Assembly: GCA_038247045.1 (NCBI GenBank)
Contig: JBBRVK010000003.1
Location: 1-36,914 of the forward strand
Direction of reading: 5' to 3'
Length of the DNA stretch: 36,914 nucleotides
DNA from: Minisyncoccia bacterium
GTDB lineage: Bacteria; Patescibacteriota; Minisyncoccia; Phycocordibacterales; UBA9973
In this document: piece by piece, positions 1-8,672 of the stretch
Position numbering within the stretch: the stretch's first letter is position 1
Layout of the letters: every line of letters begins with the position of its first letter
Notes under the pieces: model-generated
What the model was told of the DNA's origin: nothing
What the model saw: the letters and a program-made list of their open reading frames with translations, nothing else
Database searches by the model: none
Position numbers and translations under genes: made by a program

Positions 1-165
1 ACAACTAGGGTCAGATGGAGGACAAGTAGGATCGAGCTCTGTGCCCGGTGAGAAAAATGAGAAAAGATTGAGATAGGAGGATAGTAAAAGTATAAATAAA
101 AATATTGAGAATATTTTAGGCCAGTGTTGATTTAGAAATTGAGGAATGGTTTTTTTTGAGTTCAA
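1..165 (-). CDS. 5' end of a secreted/surface protein (partial, runs off window start)
   Basis: Not in the ORF track. TTG at 165 opens a frame to base 1: MNSKKTIPQFLNQHWPKIFSIFLFILLLSSYLNLFSFFSPGTELDPTCPPSDPSC (basic N-terminus, hydrophobic segment, Cys-pair motif); in-frame TAA upstream at 184-186. Confidence 0.7.
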   Translation of the reverse strand, partial: MNSKKTIPQFLNQHWPKIFSIFLFILLLSSYLNLFSFFSPGTELDPTCPPSDPSC

Positions 166-256
166 AATATTATTGGAAATTAATTATAAATTAAAAATAC
201 ATCTTCGTTGCATTCATAATACACCAAGAGATTAATAAAGCAAACTAATTTTCAAA

Positions 257-889
257 TTATATCATGGAAAAACCTGTAAGGAAAGAAAAGGCAACAAAAA
301 TAATTGGAGCAACTTGACTCCAAAGAAAAATAATAAAGAAAAGTAGAAAAAGCATTCCCCATTTTTCTAAGAAATTTTCTATATATCTAAATTTTGTCGG
401 CAAAAAAGAAAATAAAATTTTTGAACCATCAAGAGGTGGAATTGGAATCAGATTAAAGATAAATAAAACCAAATTTAAAATAACAATAATCCCTGTAATC
501 TTATAAAATGGACTAGAAAGAGGCAAACCTATGAGGGAAGGGAAAAATCTCATCAAAAGACCAAAAATAATAGCAATTATAAGATTGGCAATTATTCCAG
601 CGGCGGCAACTAGTAATGTTCCCTTTCTTCTATCTCTTAGATTGTTTGGATTATATGGAACAGGCTTCGCCCATCCAATAACAAAACCAGCATTCATAAA
701 AACAAGTAGTAGTGGTAAAACCACTGAACCAAATGGATCTAAATGTTTTATTGGGTTTAGAGTAAGTCTACCACTTAGCCTAGCCGTATCATCACCTAAA
801 AGATATGCCATATACCCATGAGCAAATTCATGAACAACTACAGACATAATTAGAACAATTATATAGAAAATTCCATCTACTGGTTGCAT
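257..889 (-). CDS. site-2 protease family (peptidase M50) intramembrane metalloprotease
   Basis: HEFAH zinc motif, NLIPIPPLDG motif, GWAKPVP, several TM helices. Confidence 0.93.
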   Translation of the reverse strand: MQPVDGIFYIIVLIMSVVVHEFAHGYMAYLLGDDTARLSGRLTLNPIKHLDPFGSVVLPLLLVFMNAGFVIGWAKPVPYNPNNLRDRRKGTLLVAAAGIIANLIIAIIFGLLMRFFPSLIGLPLSSPFYKITGIIVILNLVLFIFNLIPIPPLDGSKILFSFLPTKFRYIENFLEKWGMLFLLFFIIFLWSQVAPIIFVAFSFLTGFSMI

Positions 890-1051
890 TTTTATAGAGA
901 CAAACTATGGTTAATTATATATTATAACCACAATTTATTTTGAATTAAGATTAAAAAAATAATTAAACATCATGAAACTTACTATATATCACTATCGCCA
1001 TATCGTCCGGGATTGCTTTTATATAAAGTATATGATAGCATAGTTTCATCT

Positions 1052-1297
1052 ATGGCAAAAGTATGTGATATAACTAAAAAGGGTTCAATTATGGGTGGAG
1101 GATACTCCAACGTAGTTCGTGCAACAAAATTCAATCCAACAGGTATGGTTCGTAAATACCCCAACCTTCAAAAGAAACGTATTTATGTTCCTGAGCTAAA
1201 AAAGTACTTCCCTCTTACTATTTCAACTAAAGCAATCAAAACAATAAATAAACATGGTGCTTATGCCGTCTTAAAAAAAGCTGGAATCATTAAATAA
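1052..1297 (+). CDS. rpmB: 50S ribosomal protein L28
   Basis: MAKVCDITKKG...RKYPNLQKKRIYVPE...LTISTKAIKTINKHG; start moved to ATG 1052 to match the L28 N-terminus. Confidence 0.92.
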   Translation: MAKVCDITKKGSIMGGGYSNVVRATKFNPTGMVRKYPNLQKKRIYVPELKKYFPLTISTKAIKTINKHGAYAVLKKAGIIK

Positions 1298-1327
1298 AAA
1301 TCTCGACATTGGTCGAGATTTTTATTT
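1292..1327. terminator. bidirectional intrinsic terminator
   Basis: aaataaaaatctcgac-attg-gtcgagatttttattt perfect 16-bp inverted repeat between convergent rpmB and the comEC MBL gene. Confidence 0.85.
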
Positions 1328-1359
1328 GCCTAATTAAGCAAAATAATATTACAAAAGGG

Positions 1360-2232
1360 CTATTTTTCGTATATTAGTTTTTCTCCGTCGGTTTCAAAAA
1401 TTATATTACCTTTTAATGAAGTACTTAAATATGGAATATGAAGAGACAGTAGTCTTTTAATAACATCTTCATGTGGATGACCATATCTATTATTCTTATC
1501 AACAGAGATAACAGCAACTTCTGGATTAACTTTTTCTAGCCACAAAACTCCATTTGAAGTATGAGAACCATGATGTCCTAATTTCAAAACATCTGAATGC
1601 AGAGTCGCATCACTCTCATTCCATTCAATTAAGTTTTCTGTATATAAAGTAGCATCCCCTGTTAGCATAAAAGATTTATTTCCATATACTAATCTCCCGA
1701 CAATCGAACCGTCGTTGGAATCAAACTTAGAAATATCTCTATCTGGAAATAAAACATCAAAATAAATATTTTTTTTCTCATCTAAAATTATTTTCATCCC
1801 CCTACGAGCGATTGCTTTATTTATTTTCTTTTTTAAAATTTTATCTTCTAGATTTTCCGAGATTTTAGACGAAGAAATTGCCCCATTTTCAATGATACTT
1901 GTAACTTTATAATTATCTAGTAACAAAGGAAGTCCCCCAATATGATCAAGATCCGAATGAGTTGTTAAAACAACATCAATAGACCTATCTGCGAAAGGCA
2001 TGACCTTAGAGAGACTAGAAAGTAACTTTGCGTCAGGACCACCATCAATAAGCAATTGTTTGCCATTTGGTGCTTCTATGTAAATAGCATCGCCTTGGCC
2101 AACATCGAGAAAGGCTACTTTTAAATAATGACTGGAATGCTCGTATTTATAAAGAGATACCAAAATCCCTACCGTTAAAATAAGTAGAATTATAAGGAAT
2201 AGATATGGTAGGTATTTTCTTATTCTTTCCAT
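1360..2232 (-). CDS. ComEC/Rec2 C-terminal metallo-beta-lactamase-fold domain protein (stand-alone)
   Basis: FLDVGQGDAI, LLIDGG, THSDLDHIGG, LTGDA, LKLGHHGS, NRYGHPH; N-terminal TM anchor. Confidence 0.92.
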   Translation of the reverse strand: MERIRKYLPYLFLIILLILTVGILVSLYKYEHSSHYLKVAFLDVGQGDAIYIEAPNGKQLLIDGGPDAKLLSSLSKVMPFADRSIDVVLTTHSDLDHIGGLPLLLDNYKVTSIIENGAISSSKISENLEDKILKKKINKAIARRGMKIILDEKKNIYFDVLFPDRDISKFDSNDGSIVGRLVYGNKSFMLTGDATLYTENLIEWNESDATLHSDVLKLGHHGSHTSNGVLWLEKVNPEVAVISVDKNNRYGHPHEDVIKRLLSLHIPYLSTSLKGNIIFETDGEKLIYEK

Positions 2233-2388
2233 GCTATACTTTATATATTAACATTAACCGAATTTTTTTCACAAAAATTATCCATAAAAAAGTCCTCGGA
2301 TCTCCTCGCTAAATTATTCTTTTTCAAAGACAGAAGCTCGGCCAGACATTTTTTATTGAAAATCTTTGTTTCAAAAATTATAAAATAT

Positions 2389-2979
2389 ATGGAAGCATTT
2401 ACACCAAAAACATTTGAGCTTGGAGAACTTGTTGGCATAAGCACTAAAAATATAGAAGAGCATTTAAAGCTTTATAAAGGTTATGTAAATAATACAAATA
2501 TAATATTTAATAAATTATCTGAATTAAAAAGTGATCCAGAAAAAAATTCTTATATTTTAGCAGAATTACAACGTCGCCTAGGTTTTGAATTTGGAGGCAT
2601 GCGTAATCATGAATATTATTTTTCATCTTTATCTGGTGGCAAGAAAGAAATAAATAGAGAAGGAATATTGTACAAAAAAATTGTTTTGGAATGGGGTTCT
2701 TATGAAACATTTCTTGAACATTTTAAATTTGTTGCTTTAACTCGAGGAATTGGATGGTCAATACTTTATTTCGATAAAATAAGTGACAAGCTTATAATAT
2801 CTTGGGTAGACGAACAGCACCTAGGACATTTAGTTGGAGCATCTCCTGTACTACTTCTTGATATGTGGGAGCATTCATATTATTTAGATTATATTCCTGC
2901 TGAAAAGAAAAAATATATTGAAAGTTTCTTTACTAATTTAAATTGGGAAGTAATCGAAGAAAATTTTAAAAATGCTTAA
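2389..2979 (+). CDS. Fe/Mn superoxide dismutase family protein
   Basis: EEHLKLYKGYV, NHEYYF, GIGW, LLLDMWEHSYYLDY; likely start ATG 2389. Confidence 0.9.
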   Translation: MEAFTPKTFELGELVGISTKNIEEHLKLYKGYVNNTNIIFNKLSELKSDPEKNSYILAELQRRLGFEFGGMRNHEYYFSSLSGGKKEINREGILYKKIVLEWGSYETFLEHFKFVALTRGIGWSILYFDKISDKLIISWVDEQHLGHLVGASPVLLLDMWEHSYYLDYIPAEKKKYIESFFTNLNWEVIEENFKNA

Positions 2980-2987
2980 TAAAGAAT

Positions 2988-3017
2988 AAAACCTCCCTAT
3001 TATTTTAGAGAGGTTTT
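2988..3017. terminator. bidirectional intrinsic terminator
   Basis: aaaacctc...gaggtttt inverted repeat between convergent sod and cysC. Confidence 0.7.
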
Positions 3018-3041
3018 TGGTTATATACATAAAAAAATTAA

Positions 3042-3578
3042 TTAAATTAAATATTTTTTTTCTAATAGATATTCAATAATTTTATTAATTAAATACTCTA
3101 TTTCTTCATAATGAGCACCCGAAATTTTTATTTCTGGATTTTCTGGTTCTTCGTAAGGATCTGATACCCCTGTAAAATTCTTAATTTTACCCTGCTTGGC
3201 TTTTGAGTACATACCCTTAATATCCCTTTTTTCACATATCTCTATTGGAGTATCAACATATACTTCAATAAAATTATTTATTTCTTTCCTTAATTCAAGG
3301 CGATGTTTTTTATAAGGAGAAATAAATGAGGCAATAGTTATTATTCCGTTTTTACTTAATAATTTAGCCACATATCCTACCCTACGAATATTTTCATCTC
3401 TATCTTCCTTAGAATAACCAAGGTCTTTTGTAAGATCTTCCCGGACAGTATCTCCGTCTAATATTTCTACTTTTAAACCATAAGCTATAAATTTTTCATA
3501 GAGCTTCATTGCTAAAGTTGTCTTCCCTGCTCCAGAAAGCCCAGTAAACCAAACAACAAACCCTTTATTTGTTTCCAT
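3042..3578 (-). CDS. cysC: adenylyl-sulfate (APS) kinase
   Basis: WFTGLSGAGKTT P-loop, LDGDTVR, DRDENIRRVG, FISPY, KGMYSKA, NFTGVSDPYEEP. Confidence 0.95.
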   Translation of the reverse strand: METNKGFVVWFTGLSGAGKTTLAMKLYEKFIAYGLKVEILDGDTVREDLTKDLGYSKEDRDENIRRVGYVAKLLSKNGIITIASFISPYKKHRLELRKEINNFIEVYVDTPIEICEKRDIKGMYSKAKQGKIKNFTGVSDPYEEPENPEIKISGAHYEEIEYLINKIIEYLLEKKYLI

Positions 3579-3782
3579 AATTTTATTTTAATTATTTTAT
3601 AAAAATAAATATTTATGTTTATACTAGCACTAAATTTTCTGAATTACTAATTGTGTTTTTAGACCATATATACCACATATGGTTGATTAATTTTATTTTT
3701 AAATTTAATAGAAGCCAATCTTTTAACGACACCCCAAGATAGAATAAACTCCACTATTAAAATTTTTAACTTATAAAAAATA

Positions 3783-4613
3783 TTATTTGTTAATATTTTT
3801 TATGTTAAGACCAATTCTCTTGTCCCAAAAGTTTAAATTTCCATATTTTTCTGCTTGTTCACCTAAAATAGTTTTCCATTCAGACAATAAAGGTTTTACT
3901 TCATTTCTAATTGTATGCAAATCAGTGAATCCATATATACGATCATCCTCTTTTGTTACTTGTTCTACATTTTTAAAATTATGCAAATAATAATCCTCAC
4001 CCAAAAATTCATAAATTCCTTTCATTGTTTTTTCTGGATTATTTGTCAATTCATCAAAAAAAACAAAATGCATCCTATTCCCAAAACCTCGAAGCAAAGC
4101 ATCTTTAATATTTTCATAAGCCTTACCCACAGGCTGGTTTGGTCTAAGCCATACTTCACATCTTCCCTCAACGGTTTGAAACTTTTCTCTATTTTCTTTT
4201 TCTTGCGGAATCATTCTTAATGCTGATTCTTTCCTCCATATTTTTTCAAAACTTCCTAAAATATCTCTAATATCACGGACTGTGACAAGTATTTTTACCC
4301 TTGAACCAGTTAAGCTTTCAATCATTTCAATATGAGCTGGCCAATCCCGAGATTTTTCAAAAATTATTGATTGTTTAATATCAGAGTAAAAAGAAGGAAG
4401 AATTGATTTAAGTATTCTAAATTTAGGAAGATCATTTGGTAATGACCTTAATTCAGAAATAAATTCCCAATTGTTACGAACAAGTAACATCAAATCTAAA
4501 ACACCCGACGTTCCTGTCGCATGAAATTTTGGATTTTGATTTAAAATATTACACAACAAGGTTGAACCACTTCGTGGCATTCCTGAAACAAAATAAAACT
4601 TTTTATCATTCAT
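3783..4613 (-). CDS. PAPS-dependent sulfotransferase, RaxST-like
   Basis: FVSGMPRSGSTLL 5'-PSB loop, NQNPKFHA, VRDIRDILGSFEK 3'-PB motif, IYEFLG...HNFKNV, LHTIR, NFW; pattern recalls Xanthomonas RaxST. Confidence 0.85.
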   Translation of the reverse strand: MNDKKFYFVSGMPRSGSTLLCNILNQNPKFHATGTSGVLDLMLLVRNNWEFISELRSLPNDLPKFRILKSILPSFYSDIKQSIIFEKSRDWPAHIEMIESLTGSRVKILVTVRDIRDILGSFEKIWRKESALRMIPQEKENREKFQTVEGRCEVWLRPNQPVGKAYENIKDALLRGFGNRMHFVFFDELTNNPEKTMKGIYEFLGEDYYLHNFKNVEQVTKEDDRIYGFTDLHTIRNEVKPLLSEWKTILGEQAEKYGNLNFWDKRIGLNIKNINK

Positions 4614-4726
4614 AATATTACAAATAGTACCACATTAATGCCTTTTTTAAAAAAACTAAAATTGGATGTAATTAAAGAAGATTTTAGATTAGTTTCCATT
4701 GCCTAAATTATAGTGTTTTAAGTTTT

Positions 4727-6025
4727 TTAATTCTTAATTTGCTTTCCAAAAACCCACCAAATTATAAAGATATATAGTATCATTGTTAGCAAAAGCGGAA
4801 AGGATTGGATTGTCATGCTAGTAAAAGATAAAGATGCAAAAAAGTGAATAACTGAAAGTATATAAAGTAATAACAGATGAGCAATATATCCAAAAGGAAT
4901 TGAAAGTATTGGTGAAATAAAACCAACAACTCCAACAATAAAACTAAAAAGCATCGTTATCGGAATAAATAACAATATTAAAATATTGGCAGGTATTGAA
5001 ACTAAAGATAAAACTCCTGTTAAATAAAGGAGTACTGGAAGCACAGAGATTGTAGCCGCAATAGTACTTGCCATTAACTCTCTAATTCCAAAACGTAATG
5101 GCAGAAACTTAACCCACTTTATAACTTTAGGAGTTACAAATAAAATCCCAAAAGTCGCAATAAAAGATAATTGAAAAGACATATCACTAAGGACCCGCAA
5201 ATCAATTGTTATCATTAACAATCCTGCTACAACAAGAGCTCGACCAGCATCATAACGCCGACCTGTCATCCTCCCTAGTAACATTATAACAGCCATGATT
5301 CCAGCACGAATAGCTGTCGGACTTGCTCCGGCCATAATGACGAATAAAATAATAACAACAACTCCAAAAATAATTGAAATAATCTCAGAAAAAATTAAAC
5401 CAAAAACTTTCATTATTCCATCAGCTACAATGGAAACATTGTAACCAGAAAGTGCAACAATATGAATCGTTCCAGTATTAATGAATTCATTTTTCATCTC
5501 ATTATCAAAGCCACCCCGTGCCCCAAGAATTAACCCATTAGCCAAATCACTTTCTGGGACAGGAATAACCCTATTGATATTTTCCATAAATAAACGACGA
5601 AGATTATATAGCCATGATTTTATAATACTTCCGTGACCATGAGAAATAATTTTTATCTCAGCTTTTTTAATTACATAATATATATCCTGATTGGCTAAAT
5701 ATCTTTTATAATTAAATTCTTTACCTGATTGAGTTATAAAATTTTCTGGATTTTCAAGAATTCCCCTTACTTTTATTTCATCACCATAAGACACTTCTGT
5801 GTTTCTATCTATAATAACTAAAATATTTATATCTTTATCTAAAAGCGTGACATTTAAATGCTTGCTACTTAGACGAATATCTGGGTCATCACTTACAATT
5901 CCATCTAATGACACAATCTTCCCTACCGACTCCGTATAATTTTGAGCCTTAGGTATAAAAAATAAAAATCTCACACAAGCGATTGTAATCAAAATAAATA
6001 TTATGATGATTTCTTTTTTAGACAT
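4727..6025 (-). CDS. comEC: ComEC/Rec2 competence protein, OB-fold (DUF4131) + membrane Competence domain
   Basis: GTIHIVALSGYNV, SPTAIRAGIM, SFQLSFIAT, SIPANIL; no MBL domain; likely start ATG 6025. Confidence 0.93.
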   Translation of the reverse strand: MSKKEIIIIFILITIACVRFLFFIPKAQNYTESVGKIVSLDGIVSDDPDIRLSSKHLNVTLLDKDINILVIIDRNTEVSYGDEIKVRGILENPENFITQSGKEFNYKRYLANQDIYYVIKKAEIKIISHGHGSIIKSWLYNLRRLFMENINRVIPVPESDLANGLILGARGGFDNEMKNEFINTGTIHIVALSGYNVSIVADGIMKVFGLIFSEIISIIFGVVVIILFVIMAGASPTAIRAGIMAVIMLLGRMTGRRYDAGRALVVAGLLMITIDLRVLSDMSFQLSFIATFGILFVTPKVIKWVKFLPLRFGIRELMASTIAATISVLPVLLYLTGVLSLVSIPANILILLFIPITMLFSFIVGVVGFISPILSIPFGYIAHLLLLYILSVIHFFASLSFTSMTIQSFPLLLTMILYIFIIWWVFGKQIKN

Positions 6026-6054
6026 ATTCCAAAAAATTAAAAACCACTTCAAAA

Positions 6055-6534
6055 TTATTTGAGGTGGTTTTTTTGTAAACTAGCACAACTTGTAGCAATT
6101 TCATCAGCCTTTTCGTTATGCTCTACACCGGAATGCCCTTTAACTTTTTGCCATTTTAAATCTGCTTTAGACAAACGAGCAAGAGAAATTAATTCTTTCC
6201 AAAGGTCTTGATTTAAAACTGGTTCTTTTTTTGAAGTCCGCCAACCATTTTTCTCCCAATTGAAAACCCAAGAGGTTACTCCCCCTAAAACATAAGCTGA
6301 GTCGGCATGAATTATAATATCACCAGTATGTTTAATTTTTTCTGTATATTTTAAAGCTTCAATCACCGCCATCAATTCCATTCTATTATTGGTCGTATCT
6401 TTTTCATAACCACCAAGTTCTACATAGCTTTCTTTTTCTTTTTCACTGTGGAGAATAACAGTTCCCCAGCCTCCAGGACCAGGATTCCCGAGAGAACTTC
6501 CGTCAGTATAAATTATTATTTCACCTTTTTTCAT
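6055..6534 (-). CDS. rnhA: ribonuclease HI
   Basis: IYTDGSSLGNPGPGGWG, TTNNRMELMA, DSAYV, VLNQDLW, VKGHSG, NEKAD. Confidence 0.96.
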   Translation of the reverse strand: MKKGEIIIYTDGSSLGNPGPGGWGTVILHSEKEKESYVELGGYEKDTTNNRMELMAVIEALKYTEKIKHTGDIIIHADSAYVLGGVTSWVFNWEKNGWRTSKKEPVLNQDLWKELISLARLSKADLKWQKVKGHSGVEHNEKADEIATSCASLQKNHLK

Positions 6535-6584
6535 ATTTATATTTTACCATAAACTTATTTATTTACCTTAATATCTACAATCCC

Positions 6585-6630
6585 AATATTTTACCCAAAA
6601 AGCGCGATCGCGCTGATTGGGTAAAATGTT
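6585..6630. repeat. long inverted repeat with GC-rich palindromic core (terminator or REP-like element)
   Basis: aatattttacccaa-aa-agcgcgatcgcgct-ga-ttgggtaaaatgtt, abutting the recJ stop. Confidence 0.65.
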
Positions 6631-8287
6631 AAATCACATCAATAATTCTTAATCTTAGTTCTGTGCGACCAGCAAAAGTACTCTTTTCAAAATTAGCAAC
6701 AAGATTTATTTTAGCCCCAACATTAAGAGTTTCACCGTAACTATTTCTTGTCTTAAAAAAAACTATTCCCTTTATGGGATAACCCTTACTATTTTTAAAA
6801 CATAATTCTAAATGATTCTTTTCTTTACCAAATTCTTTAACAGCAAATATAGCCAATTCTTTAAATAAAAATTTTGGTTTCGGATTACCAACCCCATAAG
6901 GAGCTAGTTTTTCTATAACAGAATAATTACTACTAGTAACATCATCGATTGAGATAATAGCATCCACCCCATCATCATTCGCTTTCTCTTCCACATCAAA
7001 ATCCTCTCCATATACTTTCAAAATTCTCTCTTCCAGAAAATGTATTTCTTCGTGTGTGACAGAAAAACCTCCAGCTCCAGCATGTCCACCAAAACCAACA
7101 AAACTATTTTGAGGTAGTGCATTCATTATATCTACTAAGTTTGTACTTCCCCAAGAACGACATGAACCACGCAGAATATCACTGCCATCAGAACCCCAAA
7201 CAAAAACTGATTTTTTATATTCATCAACAATTTTTGAAGCAACAATTCCTAAAACTCCAATTCTCCATTTGGGATTACCAATGACTATGACACTCTTATC
7301 TTCTCTACTTTTTAAAATTTTATTAACTTCTTTCATGATTGTCGCAACTGTATATTTCCTTTCATCATTTATCTTTGCCAAATTATCAGCTGCAGATTTA
7401 GCTAAAATAATATCTGTAGTCGAAAGAGCTTCATATGCTATCATAGGGCTCGCCATTCTCGAAGCTGCATTTAATCTAGGGGCTAGAGTAAAAGTAACAT
7501 CTTCTTCGTTTAATTTAGAAATATTAACCCCAGCTTTTCGAAAAATTTCAACCAATCCAGGTCGACGACCTTTTTGTAAAACTTTTAATCCATAAACAGC
7601 AAAGACCCTGTTCTCGTCAAGAAGTGGAACTTGGTCAGACAAAGTTGCAATCCCCACCATATCAAGTAGCCATTTTTCCCAACCAGTATTTATCTTCCAA
7701 TATTCACCATATTTGGATATTAGAGCTTGGATCAATTTAAAACCAACAGCGGCCCCACAGAGCATCTTATCTGGGTAGTTACAACCATCTTGTTTAGAGT
7801 CGATAACAGCGTAAGCCTTTGGCACCCCTTGCATGCTTGGCAAGTGATGATCCGTAATAATTACATTAATTCCAGCACTCTCTGCTTTTATAACTTCATC
7901 AAGAGCTGTTATTCCTAAATCAAAAGTGATGAGAAGTTTTACTTCATCATTTATGAATTCCGTAATTGCATCAGAGTGGAGACCATAGCCTTCATCGTGA
8001 CGATCTGGTATATAGATACTAAAATTTTCATATCCAATTTTTGTAAAAAAATCATGCATAATAACAGCGGCTGGAATCCCATCACAGTCGTAGTCACTAT
8101 AAATAACAATTTTTTCTTTTGCTTCAATTGCTTCAAAAATACGAACAGTGGCAGCCTCCATTCCTTTCATTAAGTATGGATCATACAAATGTTTTTCATA
8201 TGAAGGATTTAAAAATTTATCTCTGTTTTCCTCTCTTATTCCTCTATTCTTGAGAAGTAAGTCCAGTAATTCAACGTTATTTGGCAT
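6629..8287 (-). CDS. recJ: single-stranded-DNA-specific exonuclease RecJ
   Basis: YSDYDCDG, PDRHDEGYG, ITDHH, ATLSDQVPLLDENR, APRLNAASR, GGHAGAGG, LAPYGVGNPKP; likely start ATG 8287. Confidence 0.96.
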   Translation of the reverse strand: MPNNVELLDLLLKNRGIREENRDKFLNPSYEKHLYDPYLMKGMEAATVRIFEAIEAKEKIVIYSDYDCDGIPAAVIMHDFFTKIGYENFSIYIPDRHDEGYGLHSDAITEFINDEVKLLITFDLGITALDEVIKAESAGINVIITDHHLPSMQGVPKAYAVIDSKQDGCNYPDKMLCGAAVGFKLIQALISKYGEYWKINTGWEKWLLDMVGIATLSDQVPLLDENRVFAVYGLKVLQKGRRPGLVEIFRKAGVNISKLNEEDVTFTLAPRLNAASRMASPMIAYEALSTTDIILAKSAADNLAKINDERKYTVATIMKEVNKILKSREDKSVIVIGNPKWRIGVLGIVASKIVDEYKKSVFVWGSDGSDILRGSCRSWGSTNLVDIMNALPQNSFVGFGGHAGAGGFSVTHEEIHFLEERILKVYGEDFDVEEKANDDGVDAIISIDDVTSSNYSVIEKLAPYGVGNPKPKFLFKELAIFAVKEFGKEKNHLELCFKNSKGYPIKGIVFFKTRNSYGETLNVGAKINLVANFEKSTFAGRTELRLRIIDVI

Positions 8288-8315
8288 ACTTATGATTGTA
8301 TCATATAATATAAAT
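8288..8315. promoter_or_regulatory. back-to-back -10 elements for divergent recJ and HIT genes
   Basis: TGATACAAT on minus (8295-8303, 7 nt before recJ ATG) and TATAAT on plus (8304-8309, 6 nt before HIT ATG) in a 28-nt gap. Confidence 0.65.
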
Positions 8316-8627
8316 ATGAATAATAATTGTATTTTTTGTAAAATAGTTGAAGGTAACATAGCCTGTTCAAAAACTTATGAAGATAATAAATTTTTAGCCT
8401 TTTTGGATATCAAACCAGAAACAATGGGTCATGTTTTACTCATACCAAAAGAGCATTACCCCTGGATGCAAGATGCTCCCGATGAAGTAATCAAAGAAAT
8501 ATTTGTCTTAACAAAAAATTTAATGGTTAAGATGAAAGATGAATTAAATTGTGAATTTGTTAAAATTAAAATTATAGGCAAAGATGTCCCTCATTTTCAT
8601 ATACACCTAGTTCCACAGTACAAATAA
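8316..8627 (+). CDS. HIT family (histidine triad) nucleotide hydrolase
   Basis: CIFCKIV, AFLDIKP, GHVLLIPKEH, HFHIHLVP; start ATG 8316. Confidence 0.94.
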   Translation: MNNNCIFCKIVEGNIACSKTYEDNKFLAFLDIKPETMGHVLLIPKEHYPWMQDAPDEVIKEIFVLTKNLMVKMKDELNCEFVKIKIIGKDVPHFHIHLVPQYK

Positions 8628-8671
8628 CAAAAACCCCGCAAACTTCGCTTGCGGGGTTTTTGTTATTTGTA
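8619..8671. terminator. bidirectional intrinsic terminator
   Basis: Perfect 23-bp arms tacaaataacaaaaaccccgcaa / ttgcggggtttttgttatttgta, 7-nt loop, between convergent HIT and pgk. Confidence 0.9.
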
Positions 8672-8672
8672 T

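Noticed and set aside
3671-3684. NrdR-box-like taccacatatggtt
   Set aside because: Single imperfect copy, not near a nucleotide-reduction gene.
8148-8359. Apparent 200-bp overlap of recJ and HIT ORFs
   Set aside because: Artefact of longest-ORF starts; motif-consistent ATGs at 8287 and 8316 remove the overlap.
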